Assembly (NCBI GenBank): GCA_965649225.1
Contig: CBFGJX010000007.1
Coordinates: 41,923 to 105,922 of the forward strand
From: a candidate division WOR-3 bacterium
GTDB lineage: Bacteria; Hydrothermota; Tepidihabitantia; Tepidihabitantales; Tepidihabitantaceae
Reading direction: 5' to 3'
DNA length: 64,000 bases
Shown one piece after another: positions 9,101 through 17,979 of the stretch. The translations under genes were made by a program, and so were the position numbers. The notes below the pieces were generated by a model that saw only the letters and a list, made by a program, of their open reading frames with translations, was not told the origin of the DNA and ran no database searches. How positions within the stretch are numbered: position 1 is the first letter of the stretch; the number at the start of each line of letters is the position of its first letter.

Positions 9101-10723
9101 ATGGCGTTCTGGCCGTTGCGCGTGGTGGATGATTCGGCTGTCGGCGCTCTTGCGACAGCAGCCGGTTTGCCTGTCCCGCTGGCACGTTTTCTGTGGCTGC
9201 GCGGGGTGCGCGACCCGGTTGCGGCGTCTGACTGGCTTGAGCCTAGCTTGAGCAAGCTGCACCCGGTCATGCTGCTGCCGGATATGCCGGTGGCAGTCGA
9301 GCGGCTGCAGCGGGCGGTGGCACGCCGTGAGCCTGTGCTGGTCTGGGGGCATGACGATCTGGATGGAATCACTGCCGCAACAATTCTGGTTCGGCTGTTT
9401 GGTCATCTGCGATTGCCAGTCAGTTACTACATTCCGGCCAAGGGTGTCGAGCCGCATGGTGTCAATCCGCCTCAGGTGCTGCGGTTGTTTGATGGCCAGC
9501 AGGGGCTTCTCGTCACGGTTGACTGCGGTATCACCAATCACCGCCAGATCGCCGAACTTGCCCGGTCCGGAATCGAGACAATCGTTACCGACCATCACGA
9601 ATTGACCAGTGGGTTGACTCCGGCAGTTGCGAATGTTGATGCCAAGCGGCCGGATTCGAAGTACCCGTACCGGGGTCTTGCTGCCGCCGGTGTCGCTTTC
9701 AAACTCGCGGCTGCGGTGGCCGAGGCGACAATCGGCCTCGGCTGCCGCGAACTGATATCGGCACTGCCCGAGCTTGTCGCGCTGGCAGTGCTGGGAACGG
9801 TCGCCGACCGGGTACCGCTGACGGGCGAGAATCGCTCGCTTGTCGCCGGCGGCATGCCGATACTGGAGTCGTCCCGGCTGCCTGCCATCAGAGCGGTCGT
9901 CGACCGGCTGCGCGGTCGCGGTGGAAAGCTGACGCTGCAGCAGTTTGTCTCGGCGCTGCTGCCGCTTTTCGCCGCTGCCAGCGGCAATGAAGGCGTGAGC
10001 CGGTTTCTTTCCGCGACGATGGATGAGGCCGAGGCGTGGGTTGATGAACTGGCACACCGGCGCGACGAGTGGCGGGCAGAAGTTGAGCGAAGCTTCGAGC
10101 TCGCCGACCGGGTGAAGGTTGTCGGTGACGGCATTGTGTTTGCCCGCAGTCGTGATTTGTCGCTCAGGACGCTGGGGTCCTGTGCTGCCCGGTTCAAGGA
10201 CCGCCTGCAGTTGCCCGCAATAGTTCTGGGTTGGCGTGGTGATCTCTGGGTTGGCGAGGGACGGGGCATGGATGGCGTCAGTCTGATCGAGCTCCTCAAG
10301 GCTCATGCCGGTTTCTTCATCGACTACGGCGGACACCGAGCTGCGGCCGGATTCACTATTGCCGATGAACAGCTGGATGGATTTCTGCGCAGCGCCGAGG
10401 CCTACGCTCATGAGCATTTCGCGGGCAGCATATTGCGGAGTGCCGGTCCGCAGGCTGATGCGCTGTTGCCGCTCCGAGACCTTCGTCCCGAGTATTTCCG
10501 GCTTGGACCGTTTGGCGATGGCAATCCGCAGCCGGTTTTTGTGTCCGGCCCGGTCAGACTTGGTCTGCGGGGGCAGTCGCTCTATCCGGTTGAGCGACCG
10601 GAACTGACGCTGTGGCCCGGAGTCGACGTTGCCCCGATGACCGAACGACCAGTCGAGATTGCCTACACGATTGACGATGAGGGCAGGGTGACTGTGCTGG
10701 GCCAGCGGTTCTTGCCAGACTGA
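9101..10723 (+). CDS. recJ: RecJ-like DHH/DHHA1 ssDNA exonuclease (divergent)
   Basis: HP..LPDM..AVERL, GHDDLDG, TVDCG, TDHH, GTVADRVPL.GENR, GGHRAAAG, LGPFGDGNPQP. Confidence 0.8.
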   Translation: MAFWPLRVVDDSAVGALATAAGLPVPLARFLWLRGVRDPVAASDWLEPSLSKLHPVMLLPDMPVAVERLQRAVARREPVLVWGHDDLDGITAATILVRLFGHLRLPVSYYIPAKGVEPHGVNPPQVLRLFDGQQGLLVTVDCGITNHRQIAELARSGIETIVTDHHELTSGLTPAVANVDAKRPDSKYPYRGLAAAGVAFKLAAAVAEATIGLGCRELISALPELVALAVLGTVADRVPLTGENRSLVAGGMPILESSRLPAIRAVVDRLRGRGGKLTLQQFVSALLPLFAAASGNEGVSRFLSATMDEAEAWVDELAHRRDEWRAEVERSFELADRVKVVGDGIVFARSRDLSLRTLGSCAARFKDRLQLPAIVLGWRGDLWVGEGRGMDGVSLIELLKAHAGFFIDYGGHRAAAGFTIADEQLDGFLRSAEAYAHEHFAGSILRSAGPQADALLPLRDLRPEYFRLGPFGDGNPQPVFVSGPVRLGLRGQSLYPVERPELTLWPGVDVAPMTERPVEIAYTIDDEGRVTVLGQRFLPD

Positions 10724-11889
10724 TGCCGGCTAAGACAATTGAGGTTATCCGCAAGCGCGGCCGGGGGCGGCATCCATGGGTATTTTCCAATGAAGTTATT
10801 CGGGTGGTCGGTAATCCGCAGGGCGGGGATACGGTGCGGGTGTTTGAGCGGGGCCGGTTTGTTGGCTCAGCGGTCTACAACCCGTTTTCCCTGATTCGTG
10901 CCCGACTCTACTCAACCGCCGATGAAGAGCTTGATGAACTGCTGGTGACCCGGCGGATCGAAAGCGCGCTGGCACTGCGCCGGGAGCTGCTGGCGGGCGA
11001 GGAGGATTTCCGCCTGCTCTACGGTGAAAGTGATGGTCTGCCGGGGCTGGTCATTGACAAGTATCGCAACCACTTTGTCGTTCAGGCGTACTCGGTCGCC
11101 ATCGATCATCGGCTGGACATGATTGCTGCCGTATTGCGGGAGCGGCTCGGGGCCGATTCGGTGTTCGAAAAGGATGACTTTCGACTGCGCGATGCCGAAG
11201 GGTTGCCGCGTCGGGAGCGGCTGCTGTGGGGTGAGCCACAGTCGCGGGTAATGATCGCCGAGAGCGGAGTGAGGTATCTGGTTGATATCGTTGCTGGTCA
11301 GAAGACCGGCTACTACTTCGACCATCGGCTTACCCGTCGGGCGGTGAGGAATGTGGCGGCGGGGCGACGAACACTGGACGTCTTTGCCTACACCGGTTCA
11401 TTTGCGATTAATGCGGCGCTGGGGGGGGCAAAATGGGTGCTCGGCGTTGATGCGTCTGCCGCTGCGGTCCGGCTGGCCGGTGAGAATGCCGCAATCAACG
11501 GTGTTGCCGAGCGCTGCCGGTTTGAGGTCGGCAATGCCTTCGACCGGCTTGCCGAGCTGGAATCAGCCGGCGAAAAGTTTGACCTGGTCTGTCTTGACCC
11601 GCCCGCGTTCATCAAGGCGCAGAAAGACCGGGCACGCGGTCTGCGCGCCTACCGCCAGATCAATGCGCGGGCGATGCGGCTGGTTGCACCGGGCGGGGTC
11701 ATGTTCAGCTCGTCCTGTTCCCACTATCTATTCTGGCAGGACATGCTGGATATGCTCATCGCGGCAGCCGACGAGGCCGGCCGTCCGGTAACGATACTTG
11801 ACCGGCTCACCCAAGGGCCGGATCATCCGGTTCTGCTTGCCTGTCCGGAGTCAGAGTATCTGCGCTGCTTTGTTCTCAGAGTCGGCTAG
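10723..11889 (+). CDS. rlmI: RlmI-family 23S rRNA m5C1962 methyltransferase
   Basis: PUA domain HPWVFSNE; GESDGLPGLVIDKY, GQKTGYYFD, LDVFAYTGSF, DPPAF, SSCS, DHP..L.PESEYL. Confidence 0.9.
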   Translation: MPAKTIEVIRKRGRGRHPWVFSNEVIRVVGNPQGGDTVRVFERGRFVGSAVYNPFSLIRARLYSTADEELDELLVTRRIESALALRRELLAGEEDFRLLYGESDGLPGLVIDKYRNHFVVQAYSVAIDHRLDMIAAVLRERLGADSVFEKDDFRLRDAEGLPRRERLLWGEPQSRVMIAESGVRYLVDIVAGQKTGYYFDHRLTRRAVRNVAAGRRTLDVFAYTGSFAINAALGGAKWVLGVDASAAAVRLAGENAAINGVAERCRFEVGNAFDRLAELESAGEKFDLVCLDPPAFIKAQKDRARGLRAYRQINARAMRLVAPGGVMFSSSCSHYLFWQDMLDMLIAAADEAGRPVTILDRLTQGPDHPVLLACPESEYLRCFVLRVG

Positions 11890-11908
11890 TTTATTGAACG
11901 CGGTCCGG

Positions 11909-13300
11909 TCAACGCTGTAACCGCGGTGACCAGTCGGGCGAAAACGCGCCGGCGGTATTGGTGATCCGGCGTACGTTCGTGCCGTTCCAGTCCATGGTGT
12001 AGATTTCGTAGCTGCCGGTCCGGTTCGAACTGAAGGCGATGTGCAGCCCGTCCGGTGACCAGCAGGGTTCCTCATTGTTGCCGCTGCGCGTCAGCCGGGT
12101 GTAGGTTTCGCCAGTCAGGCTGGTGATGCAGATCTGGTTTGATCCGTCCGGCTGCCGCTGGACAAAGGCAATCAGGTCGCCTCGGGGCGACCAGGCGGGT
12201 GAAGTGTTATAACTACCCTCGTAGGTCAGCCGGCGCAAGTCGGTACCGTCGGCGTTGATGATATAGACCTGCGGGGTGCCGGTGCGGTCAGACACGAACG
12301 CAAGCTGGCGGCCATTCGGTGACCACGATGGCGAAATTTCAATCGCCCGGCTCTGAGTGATGCGGCGGACGTTGCGACCGTCGCTGTCGATTATGTAAAG
12401 CTCGGACTGTCCTTCGTGGCTCATGGAAAGGGCAATTTGGCGACCGTCCGGCGACCAGGCAACGGTTGTGTTCAGACCGGGGCGTTCACTCAGAATTCTC
12501 ACTTTGCGGGTGGCGATCTCCAGAGCGTAGGCGTTCAGGGAAAGTTTGCCGTAGGACGAATAGGCGATGCTGCGCCCGTCGGGTGACCAGGCGGGATAGA
12601 GCTTGAGCCCGCCGGACGATGTCAGCTGGGTCAGGTTGAAACCGTCGTAGTCGACGACTGCCAGTTCTTTGGTCTGATGGTCGGTGCGTAGTGAAAAGAC
12701 AATGCGGGTGCGGCTGACACCGTCTTCGCCAGTGAGCTGGGCGATGATTTCGTCGGCGACTCGATGGCAGAGCCAGCGCTGGTCGCCTTCGATCCGATAG
12801 GATTTGCTGGCGATGCGCCGACCGGCCAGAATGTCATGCAGACCGATTTCAATTGACGGTCCGGCGCGGGGCACGGTTATCCGGCCGGTGACGAGGACTT
12901 CGGCGCCGGTGGTTGCCCAGCCCTTATAGTCTGGTCGATCAGGGCCGGTGGCGAAGCGCCAGCTTTTGCCCGAGTCCGGTTCTTCAAAAGTGAAGTGCAG
13001 CGAAAAGCGCAGGTCGGCAGCGATGACCGACCGCAGGCTTTCAGCGAGTGGTGCGAGGGCATTTTTTTCGGCGGTGAAGGGAGCAATTACCAGATTGAGT
13101 TTCCGGCGGCTGCCGGAAGCAGTGAGTTTGAGCCAGAGCTCGTCGGCGGGTATTTCGGCCGTGGGGCGGAGGCTGTCGTCGGTCTGGGCAGCGGCGAAGG
13201 ATATTACTGTGGTCAGCAGAGCAGCGGTTACAAGGGGGAAGGGGCGGAGTGTCGGCAGCCGGCGGGCGCTGGTGGCAGAGCGGTGACTGGTCAGTGTCAA
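11909..13300 (-). CDS. tolB: TolB beta-propeller protein
   Basis: TolB N-domain (VIAADLRFS, HRVADEII..LTGEDG...TRIVF) and six PD40 WSPDG repeats. Start uncertain. Confidence 0.85.
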   Translation of the reverse strand: MTLTSHRSATSARRLPTLRPFPLVTAALLTTVISFAAAQTDDSLRPTAEIPADELWLKLTASGSRRKLNLVIAPFTAEKNALAPLAESLRSVIAADLRFSLHFTFEEPDSGKSWRFATGPDRPDYKGWATTGAEVLVTGRITVPRAGPSIEIGLHDILAGRRIASKSYRIEGDQRWLCHRVADEIIAQLTGEDGVSRTRIVFSLRTDHQTKELAVVDYDGFNLTQLTSSGGLKLYPAWSPDGRSIAYSSYGKLSLNAYALEIATRKVRILSERPGLNTTVAWSPDGRQIALSMSHEGQSELYIIDSDGRNVRRITQSRAIEISPSWSPNGRQLAFVSDRTGTPQVYIINADGTDLRRLTYEGSYNTSPAWSPRGDLIAFVQRQPDGSNQICITSLTGETYTRLTRSGNNEEPCWSPDGLHIAFSSNRTGSYEIYTMDWNGTNVRRITNTAGAFSPDWSPRLQR

Positions 13301-13302
13301 GG

Positions 13303-13929
13303 TTAGTTGATTAGCCTGAGCCAGTCGTGGAGCAGGAAATAGAAGCGCCCGATGAGAAGTGAGATACGAGCCATCACGGTGTAGCCGAATGACGCACCGA
13401 AGGCGACCATGATGAAGACGATCCCAATTCGGGAAAAGAGTCCGAGCGCCCCCTTGTGCTCACGGGAGAAGTAAAAATAAACCAGGGTGGTGATGACGCC
13501 GATGTAGAGAAAGAAGTTGTTCACCGTCACCAGCGGCCGTAGGGTATCGGTTATCTGAGGGAGCAGGTAGCCCTGCACAGAAGCGACCAGTCCGAGTCCG
13601 GAGCCGATGCCGATGGTGAAGGCAATCGGCCAGCGTGACAACCAGGTCAGTCCGGGAATTGAGCGGGCAAGCATCAGCAGGCCGAGCGCTGCCGGTACAA
13701 TCAGAATCCAGGCTTCAAGGTAGTTGCGGCTGGCAAGGTTGCTACGGAACGCCTCGACCAGCATCGGATAGACATCAAAAGACCAGGCATAGATTACGGC
13801 GAATCCGGCAGAAATGCCGACGTAGATGTGTTCAGCGGCCTTATAGAGCGGATTGTCTTTGAACAGGAAAGAGAGAATGGCGATCGTCAGTGTTGCTGCA
13901 ACCCAGGTGCCGATAAGCGATAGCAGCAT
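13303..13929 (-). CDS. Conserved integral membrane protein (DUF6754-cluster subunit D)
   Basis: About 6 TM segments; SFLFKDNPLYKAAEHIYVG and MVAFGASFGYTVMAR motifs; tightly coupled to neighbours. Confidence 0.8.
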   Translation of the reverse strand: MLLSLIGTWVAATLTIAILSFLFKDNPLYKAAEHIYVGISAGFAVIYAWSFDVYPMLVEAFRSNLASRNYLEAWILIVPAALGLLMLARSIPGLTWLSRWPIAFTIGIGSGLGLVASVQGYLLPQITDTLRPLVTVNNFFLYIGVITTLVYFYFSREHKGALGLFSRIGIVFIMVAFGASFGYTVMARISLLIGRFYFLLHDWLRLIN

Positions 13930-13934
13930 GTTCT

Positions 13935-14756
13935 TCAGTGACGCCGACGGGAAAGCAGATAGCCGGCGTTGCCGATTATCAGCAACAGGATGATGAGTGA
14001 GTGAGCTGCCGATTGCGCCGGCATGCCCAGAGAAGCCGAACCGGGACGGTTGACCAGCGCTTCGTACTCCGAGGCACCCTGCAGGCCACCAATCAAGCCG
14101 CGAATCTGTCCGGCCTGGAGATAGACATACATGTTGGGAGCATTGACCCCGGTTACACCAACGATGATTGTCTGGTTGAATCGCCCACCGACGAACTGAA
14201 TCCAGGCGTCGGCCACCGCCCCGTGGGCCAGCGTTACCAGCAGGGCGATGTCACGATAGCTGTGTACCGAACGCATGAACTCGAAACTGTCAATCGGTAC
14301 GCCGCGATAGTCGGTACGGAAAAAGTCGCGGATTTCGCGACCGATGCCGACCATCATCGCGCTGTAACCGGGACGATAGCCGATGTTGACATAGTCCCGG
14401 CCGTAGATTTTGCCGTACTCGGCCGGGACCTGATTGAGCGCAATTTCAGCGAGAGGAAGCCCGAGTGCGAGCTGGCCGGTCACGATGACCTTGAGGTCTT
14501 TGGAGAAGGCGTGGCGAAGTATCGCCAGCAGCATCGGCTGCAGTTCCGGTGCCGAGGACGGGTCGTAGTCAATCGAAATCATTATGACCGAGCCGGGCGG
14601 GAGCTCATCAACAGCCCGGAAGGCGTTGCGGACCGGTTCGGAGACGCGGACCGGTGTGCGCAGGCGCAGGAGCAGTGGAACTGTGACCGCGAGCGCGAGC
14701 AGGAGATAGAGCAGCCGACGGTCAATGGCGGCAACAATCGTCCAGAACCGTTTCAT
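13935..14756 (-). CDS. Membrane-anchored alpha/beta-domain protein (DUF6754-cluster subunit C)
   Basis: Start MKRFWTIVAAIDRR overlaps the upstream stop (ATGA); TM-soluble domain-TM; YGRDYVNIGYRPG and GLIGGLQGASEYE motifs. Confidence 0.8.
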   Translation of the reverse strand: MKRFWTIVAAIDRRLLYLLLALAVTVPLLLRLRTPVRVSEPVRNAFRAVDELPPGSVIMISIDYDPSSAPELQPMLLAILRHAFSKDLKVIVTGQLALGLPLAEIALNQVPAEYGKIYGRDYVNIGYRPGYSAMMVGIGREIRDFFRTDYRGVPIDSFEFMRSVHSYRDIALLVTLAHGAVADAWIQFVGGRFNQTIIVGVTGVNAPNMYVYLQAGQIRGLIGGLQGASEYEALVNRPGSASLGMPAQSAAHSLIILLLIIGNAGYLLSRRRH

Positions 14757-15454
14757 GACATATAGGTCCGTTCGATGCCGAGGATAATCCGCAGCGACAT
14801 CGCAATTCCGCCGAGCGCAATTCCCAGTCCGATGCCTCGACCGGCAGCAGCCTGGGGCACCGCCATCAACCATTCCTTGATCGCGGCGAAGCCATTCCAG
14901 GCCACGATTCGCTCAATGGGCAGGCCCGGGAACACCCCGTGGATGAGAACAGCGATACCCCGCCAGAGCGTTCCGCCCATTGGCACATTGCCGATCATCA
15001 CCAGCACCGCTGCAACGAGCAGCAGTGTCGCGGCGGTGTTGCGGACCCGGAATGCCCGGTATGCCGCCGAGACGATGAAGAAGGCCAGGCTGGCAAACAT
15101 CGTTGACTGCAGCGGTATGATCATGTTGGTGTAGAGCCACATGAATGGCGCCTGAAGCGAAAACGGGCTGCGGAAGCGGATCCAGGAGTAAAGTCCGAGC
15201 GCGATGGTGGCGAACAGACTGACGATTAACAGCAGGCTGTATCCCCAGCCGGCAGAGCGTCGGATGACGCGGGTCAGGTGGTGACGGGTAAGCGAGTCAA
15301 TGCCAAGCAGAAAGGTGAAACCGCTGATAATCGCAAACCAGTTAAGAAACCGGGATTCCAGGTCGCCGAACGGACGATGGGGGATGAAAAACGCAACGAC
15401 AATCAGCAGTGCGGAAACAAAGACGATGATCAGCGGCAGTGTGCGTTTCAACAT
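14753..15454 (-). CDS. Conserved integral membrane protein (DUF6754-cluster subunit B)
   Basis: Start MLKRTLPLII; about 6 TM; PLQSTMFASLAFFIVSAAYRAFR; ends LRIILGIERTYMS. Confidence 0.8.
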   Translation of the reverse strand: MLKRTLPLIIVFVSALLIVVAFFIPHRPFGDLESRFLNWFAIISGFTFLLGIDSLTRHHLTRVIRRSAGWGYSLLLIVSLFATIALGLYSWIRFRSPFSLQAPFMWLYTNMIIPLQSTMFASLAFFIVSAAYRAFRVRNTAATLLLVAAVLVMIGNVPMGGTLWRGIAVLIHGVFPGLPIERIVAWNGFAAIKEWLMAVPQAAAGRGIGLGIALGGIAMSLRIILGIERTYMS

Positions 15455-15455
15455 T

Positions 15456-16607
15456 TCAATACGCCGGGGTGAAGAGGGCGACAAGTGTTGCCGCCAGCCG
15501 CTGCAGGAAAGGAAGGGGAAGAAGCTTTGCCGCAGTGCTGACGATGGCAATCACTAGTGAAATGATGATCAATGCCAGCTTGAGCAGGTCTTCGCCTTTG
15601 AGACTGCCGAGCATGATCGGTTCGGGTTTGAGGTAGCAGGAGGCGGCGAAGATTTCTTCACCGATCATGGTGTAGTCGCAGGCTGCAACAAAGAACGGCA
15701 GCTGGGTGGTTTCGGTAGTGCCGGCGAGCTGAATCGCACCGACCGAGTGGCCGGTTTCGGCCATGATCAGCGATTCGGCATAGAAGTAACCGAGCCAGAA
15801 CACGGCGCCGGGCTTTTCGCGTAGCAGGATGCCGTCGACGCCAGCGGCATAGCCGAACTGGTCAGATGTGAGGAACGACACGTTGTCGGCATTATAGAGG
15901 TCGGGTCGGCCGGCTTCGGTGTAGGCTTCCTTGACGGTTTCCTGGGCTGCGGTCATGACAATCGGGTCGGAATTGGGAACGATGAGACGGGTTGAATACT
16001 CCGCCGACTTGGCGGCAATTTTCCTGAGCAGCGGCAGGGCGGCGATTACCGGCAGGTCGGTGATGTAGCCGAGCCCGAAGCTGAACAGGGTTGGCCGGCC
16101 CATTTCGGTAGCGCGGCCGAGGGCGTCATCGATTGCATCCAGGCCGGCGATGCGTCGGACAAACATCTTCTCGCCCCTTCGGGCACGGGCGAAATAGATG
16201 AGGAATACCGCACAGATTACCACGAGGACAATGAGAACGTTGAGCTGGGGCAGCCGGAACCACTGGGCGCGGGAAACTACCGGGCCGGCGCTGGTCGATG
16301 GAGCTGAATCGGCCGGGTAGAGCGCGACCACCCGATACCAGTATTCGACGCCGTCACGGGTACTGTTGTCGACGTATTCGGTTACCCCTGCCGGCTCAAG
16401 GCTCAGTTCAACGAAGCCGCTGTCGGGTGCGCTGGAGCGCAGAAGGCGGAATCCTGAAAGTCCGAGTGATTCGCCGCCGGCCGGCGGTGTCCATTTCAGC
16501 AGAACCGCGCCGCCAGCGTCGTAGGGGTTGTCCTGAACCGTAACCGGGTCTGGTGACGGCAGGGCCGCCAGCGCAACGATGATGACAGCGGGAATGGTGC
16601 CGATCAA
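15456..16607 (-). CDS. Fibronectin type III + DUF6754-like domain membrane protein (subunit A)
   Basis: Signal peptide; FN3 (DNPYDAGGAVLLKW...YVD..EYWYRV); TM; RRIAGLDAIDDALGRATEMGRP; QLPFFVAACDYTMIGEEIFAASCYL; C-terminal TM. Confidence 0.8.
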   Translation of the reverse strand: MIGTIPAVIIVALAALPSPDPVTVQDNPYDAGGAVLLKWTPPAGGESLGLSGFRLLRSSAPDSGFVELSLEPAGVTEYVDNSTRDGVEYWYRVVALYPADSAPSTSAGPVVSRAQWFRLPQLNVLIVLVVICAVFLIYFARARRGEKMFVRRIAGLDAIDDALGRATEMGRPTLFSFGLGYITDLPVIAALPLLRKIAAKSAEYSTRLIVPNSDPIVMTAAQETVKEAYTEAGRPDLYNADNVSFLTSDQFGYAAGVDGILLREKPGAVFWLGYFYAESLIMAETGHSVGAIQLAGTTETTQLPFFVAACDYTMIGEEIFAASCYLKPEPIMLGSLKGEDLLKLALIIISLVIAIVSTAAKLLPLPFLQRLAATLVALFTPAY

Positions 16608-16614
16608 GGTTTAG

Positions 16615-16694
16615 AGCTTAGCCGGCCAGGCAGCCAAGTCAATTGCATCAGACCTGTTGGTAGCGCTTGACCGGCAGCGTCGGGTTCGTATTCT
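16615..16694. promoter_or_regulatory. Divergent sigma70-type promoters (DUF6754 operon and kinase-porX operon)
   Basis: Minus: TTGACT(16642-16637)-N16-TAAGCT(16620-16615), 7 nt before TTG 16607. Plus: TTGACC(16667)-N16-TATTCT(16689). Confidence 0.55.
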
Positions 16695-16710
16695 TGTTAA
16701 AAAGGGCTCT

Positions 16711-17979
16711 TTGCACCGCTCCAGATTCAGGTTCGGGCCGCGCCTGCTGCAGCTCTATTTCATTGCCGGACTCCTCGGGCTGGCCGGAGTCTGGTTTTTC
16801 TATTCACAGGTTGTTTTGCTGCGGCTTTCCCGTTTGTGGGACAGCTATGCCCGAACGCTCTCGGCCGAGCTGGAAAGCGACACCCAACTGCGCTCGCGGC
16901 TTTATGCCAAGTTCATGAGCCGGGCGACCGAGCCGTCCGAGTCCGGTTCGCCGGAACTGGACATCATCTTCGAAGAAGTTATCAAGAAACTCGACTTCCC
17001 GGTCATAATCACCGATGCCGAAGGCAGACCGGTTTCCTATCGCAATCTGCCGGTAACCGAACCGGATTCTTCAACGCTGACGGCAATGGTCAGTCTGCTG
17101 GACAGCGAACACGCGCCGGTGCCTTTGAGCGTGATTGAGGACGACAGTGTGCGCAACCTTGGCGCCATTCACTACGGAGTCTCGGCTTCGACGGTTACGC
17201 TGCGGCGCATCAATCAGGACCTGGCGGCTTCGGTGCGCTCGGTCCGGCTGTTTTCGCTGTTTCAGCTTTTTCTCCTGGTCGGGTTCGTCATCGTCGGGGT
17301 CTGGGGCATCCTTGCCTATAAGCGCCGGGAACAGGAGATGATCTGGACAGCGCTGGCCAAGGAGACCGCTCATCAGATGGCGACGCCGCTTTCGTCTTTT
17401 GCCGCCTGGCTGGATGTTATCCGCACTCGAGCCGGCGCCGCCGACGTGGCAGCGGAGATGGAGCGGGACATCGCCCGGATGCGGACAATCCTCGAGCGTT
17501 TCAGCCGGATCGGTCTGCCGCCGAAACTGACCCCACAGCGGCTGGGGGCGGTGATTGAGCGGTCGGTTGATTTTGTTCGGCGGCGGTCACCGCGCAGCGT
17601 CCGTTTCACAATCGAACTGGTTGATGATGAAACCATCAGTGTCGATGAAGTCCTGTTTGGCTGGATGCTGGAGAATTTGCTGCGTAATGCGGTTGATGCC
17701 ATTGGCTCGCGGGAAGGCGAGGTTCGGGTACGGACGATGCTGACTGCTGACCGGCGTCAGCTGGAGATTGAGGTCACTGATTCCGGTGAAGGAGTCAAGA
17801 TTGACAAACTGTTCGAGCCGGGCGTGACAACCAAGAAGTACGGCTGGGGGGTTGGTTTGACCCTGGCCAAGAGAATTGTCGAAGGTTACCATGCGGGCAG
17901 CCTGATACTGAAAGAGACCAGACCGGGCCGGACGGTGTTTTCCATCTTTCTGCCGGTGTCCAACGGGGAGAGGAAGTGA
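16711..17979 (+). CDS. Membrane sensor histidine kinase
   Basis: 2 TM; H-box AKETAHQMATPLS; N-box ENLLRNAVDA; D.G.G; F.PGVTTK..GWGVGLTLAKRIVE. Start TTG 16711 inferred from the promoter. Confidence 0.9.
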   Translation: MHRSRFRFGPRLLQLYFIAGLLGLAGVWFFYSQVVLLRLSRLWDSYARTLSAELESDTQLRSRLYAKFMSRATEPSESGSPELDIIFEEVIKKLDFPVIITDAEGRPVSYRNLPVTEPDSSTLTAMVSLLDSEHAPVPLSVIEDDSVRNLGAIHYGVSASTVTLRRINQDLAASVRSVRLFSLFQLFLLVGFVIVGVWGILAYKRREQEMIWTALAKETAHQMATPLSSFAAWLDVIRTRAGAADVAAEMERDIARMRTILERFSRIGLPPKLTPQRLGAVIERSVDFVRRRSPRSVRFTIELVDDETISVDEVLFGWMLENLLRNAVDAIGSREGEVRVRTMLTADRRQLEIEVTDSGEGVKIDKLFEPGVTTKKYGWGVGLTLAKRIVEGYHAGSLILKETRPGRTVFSIFLPVSNGERK

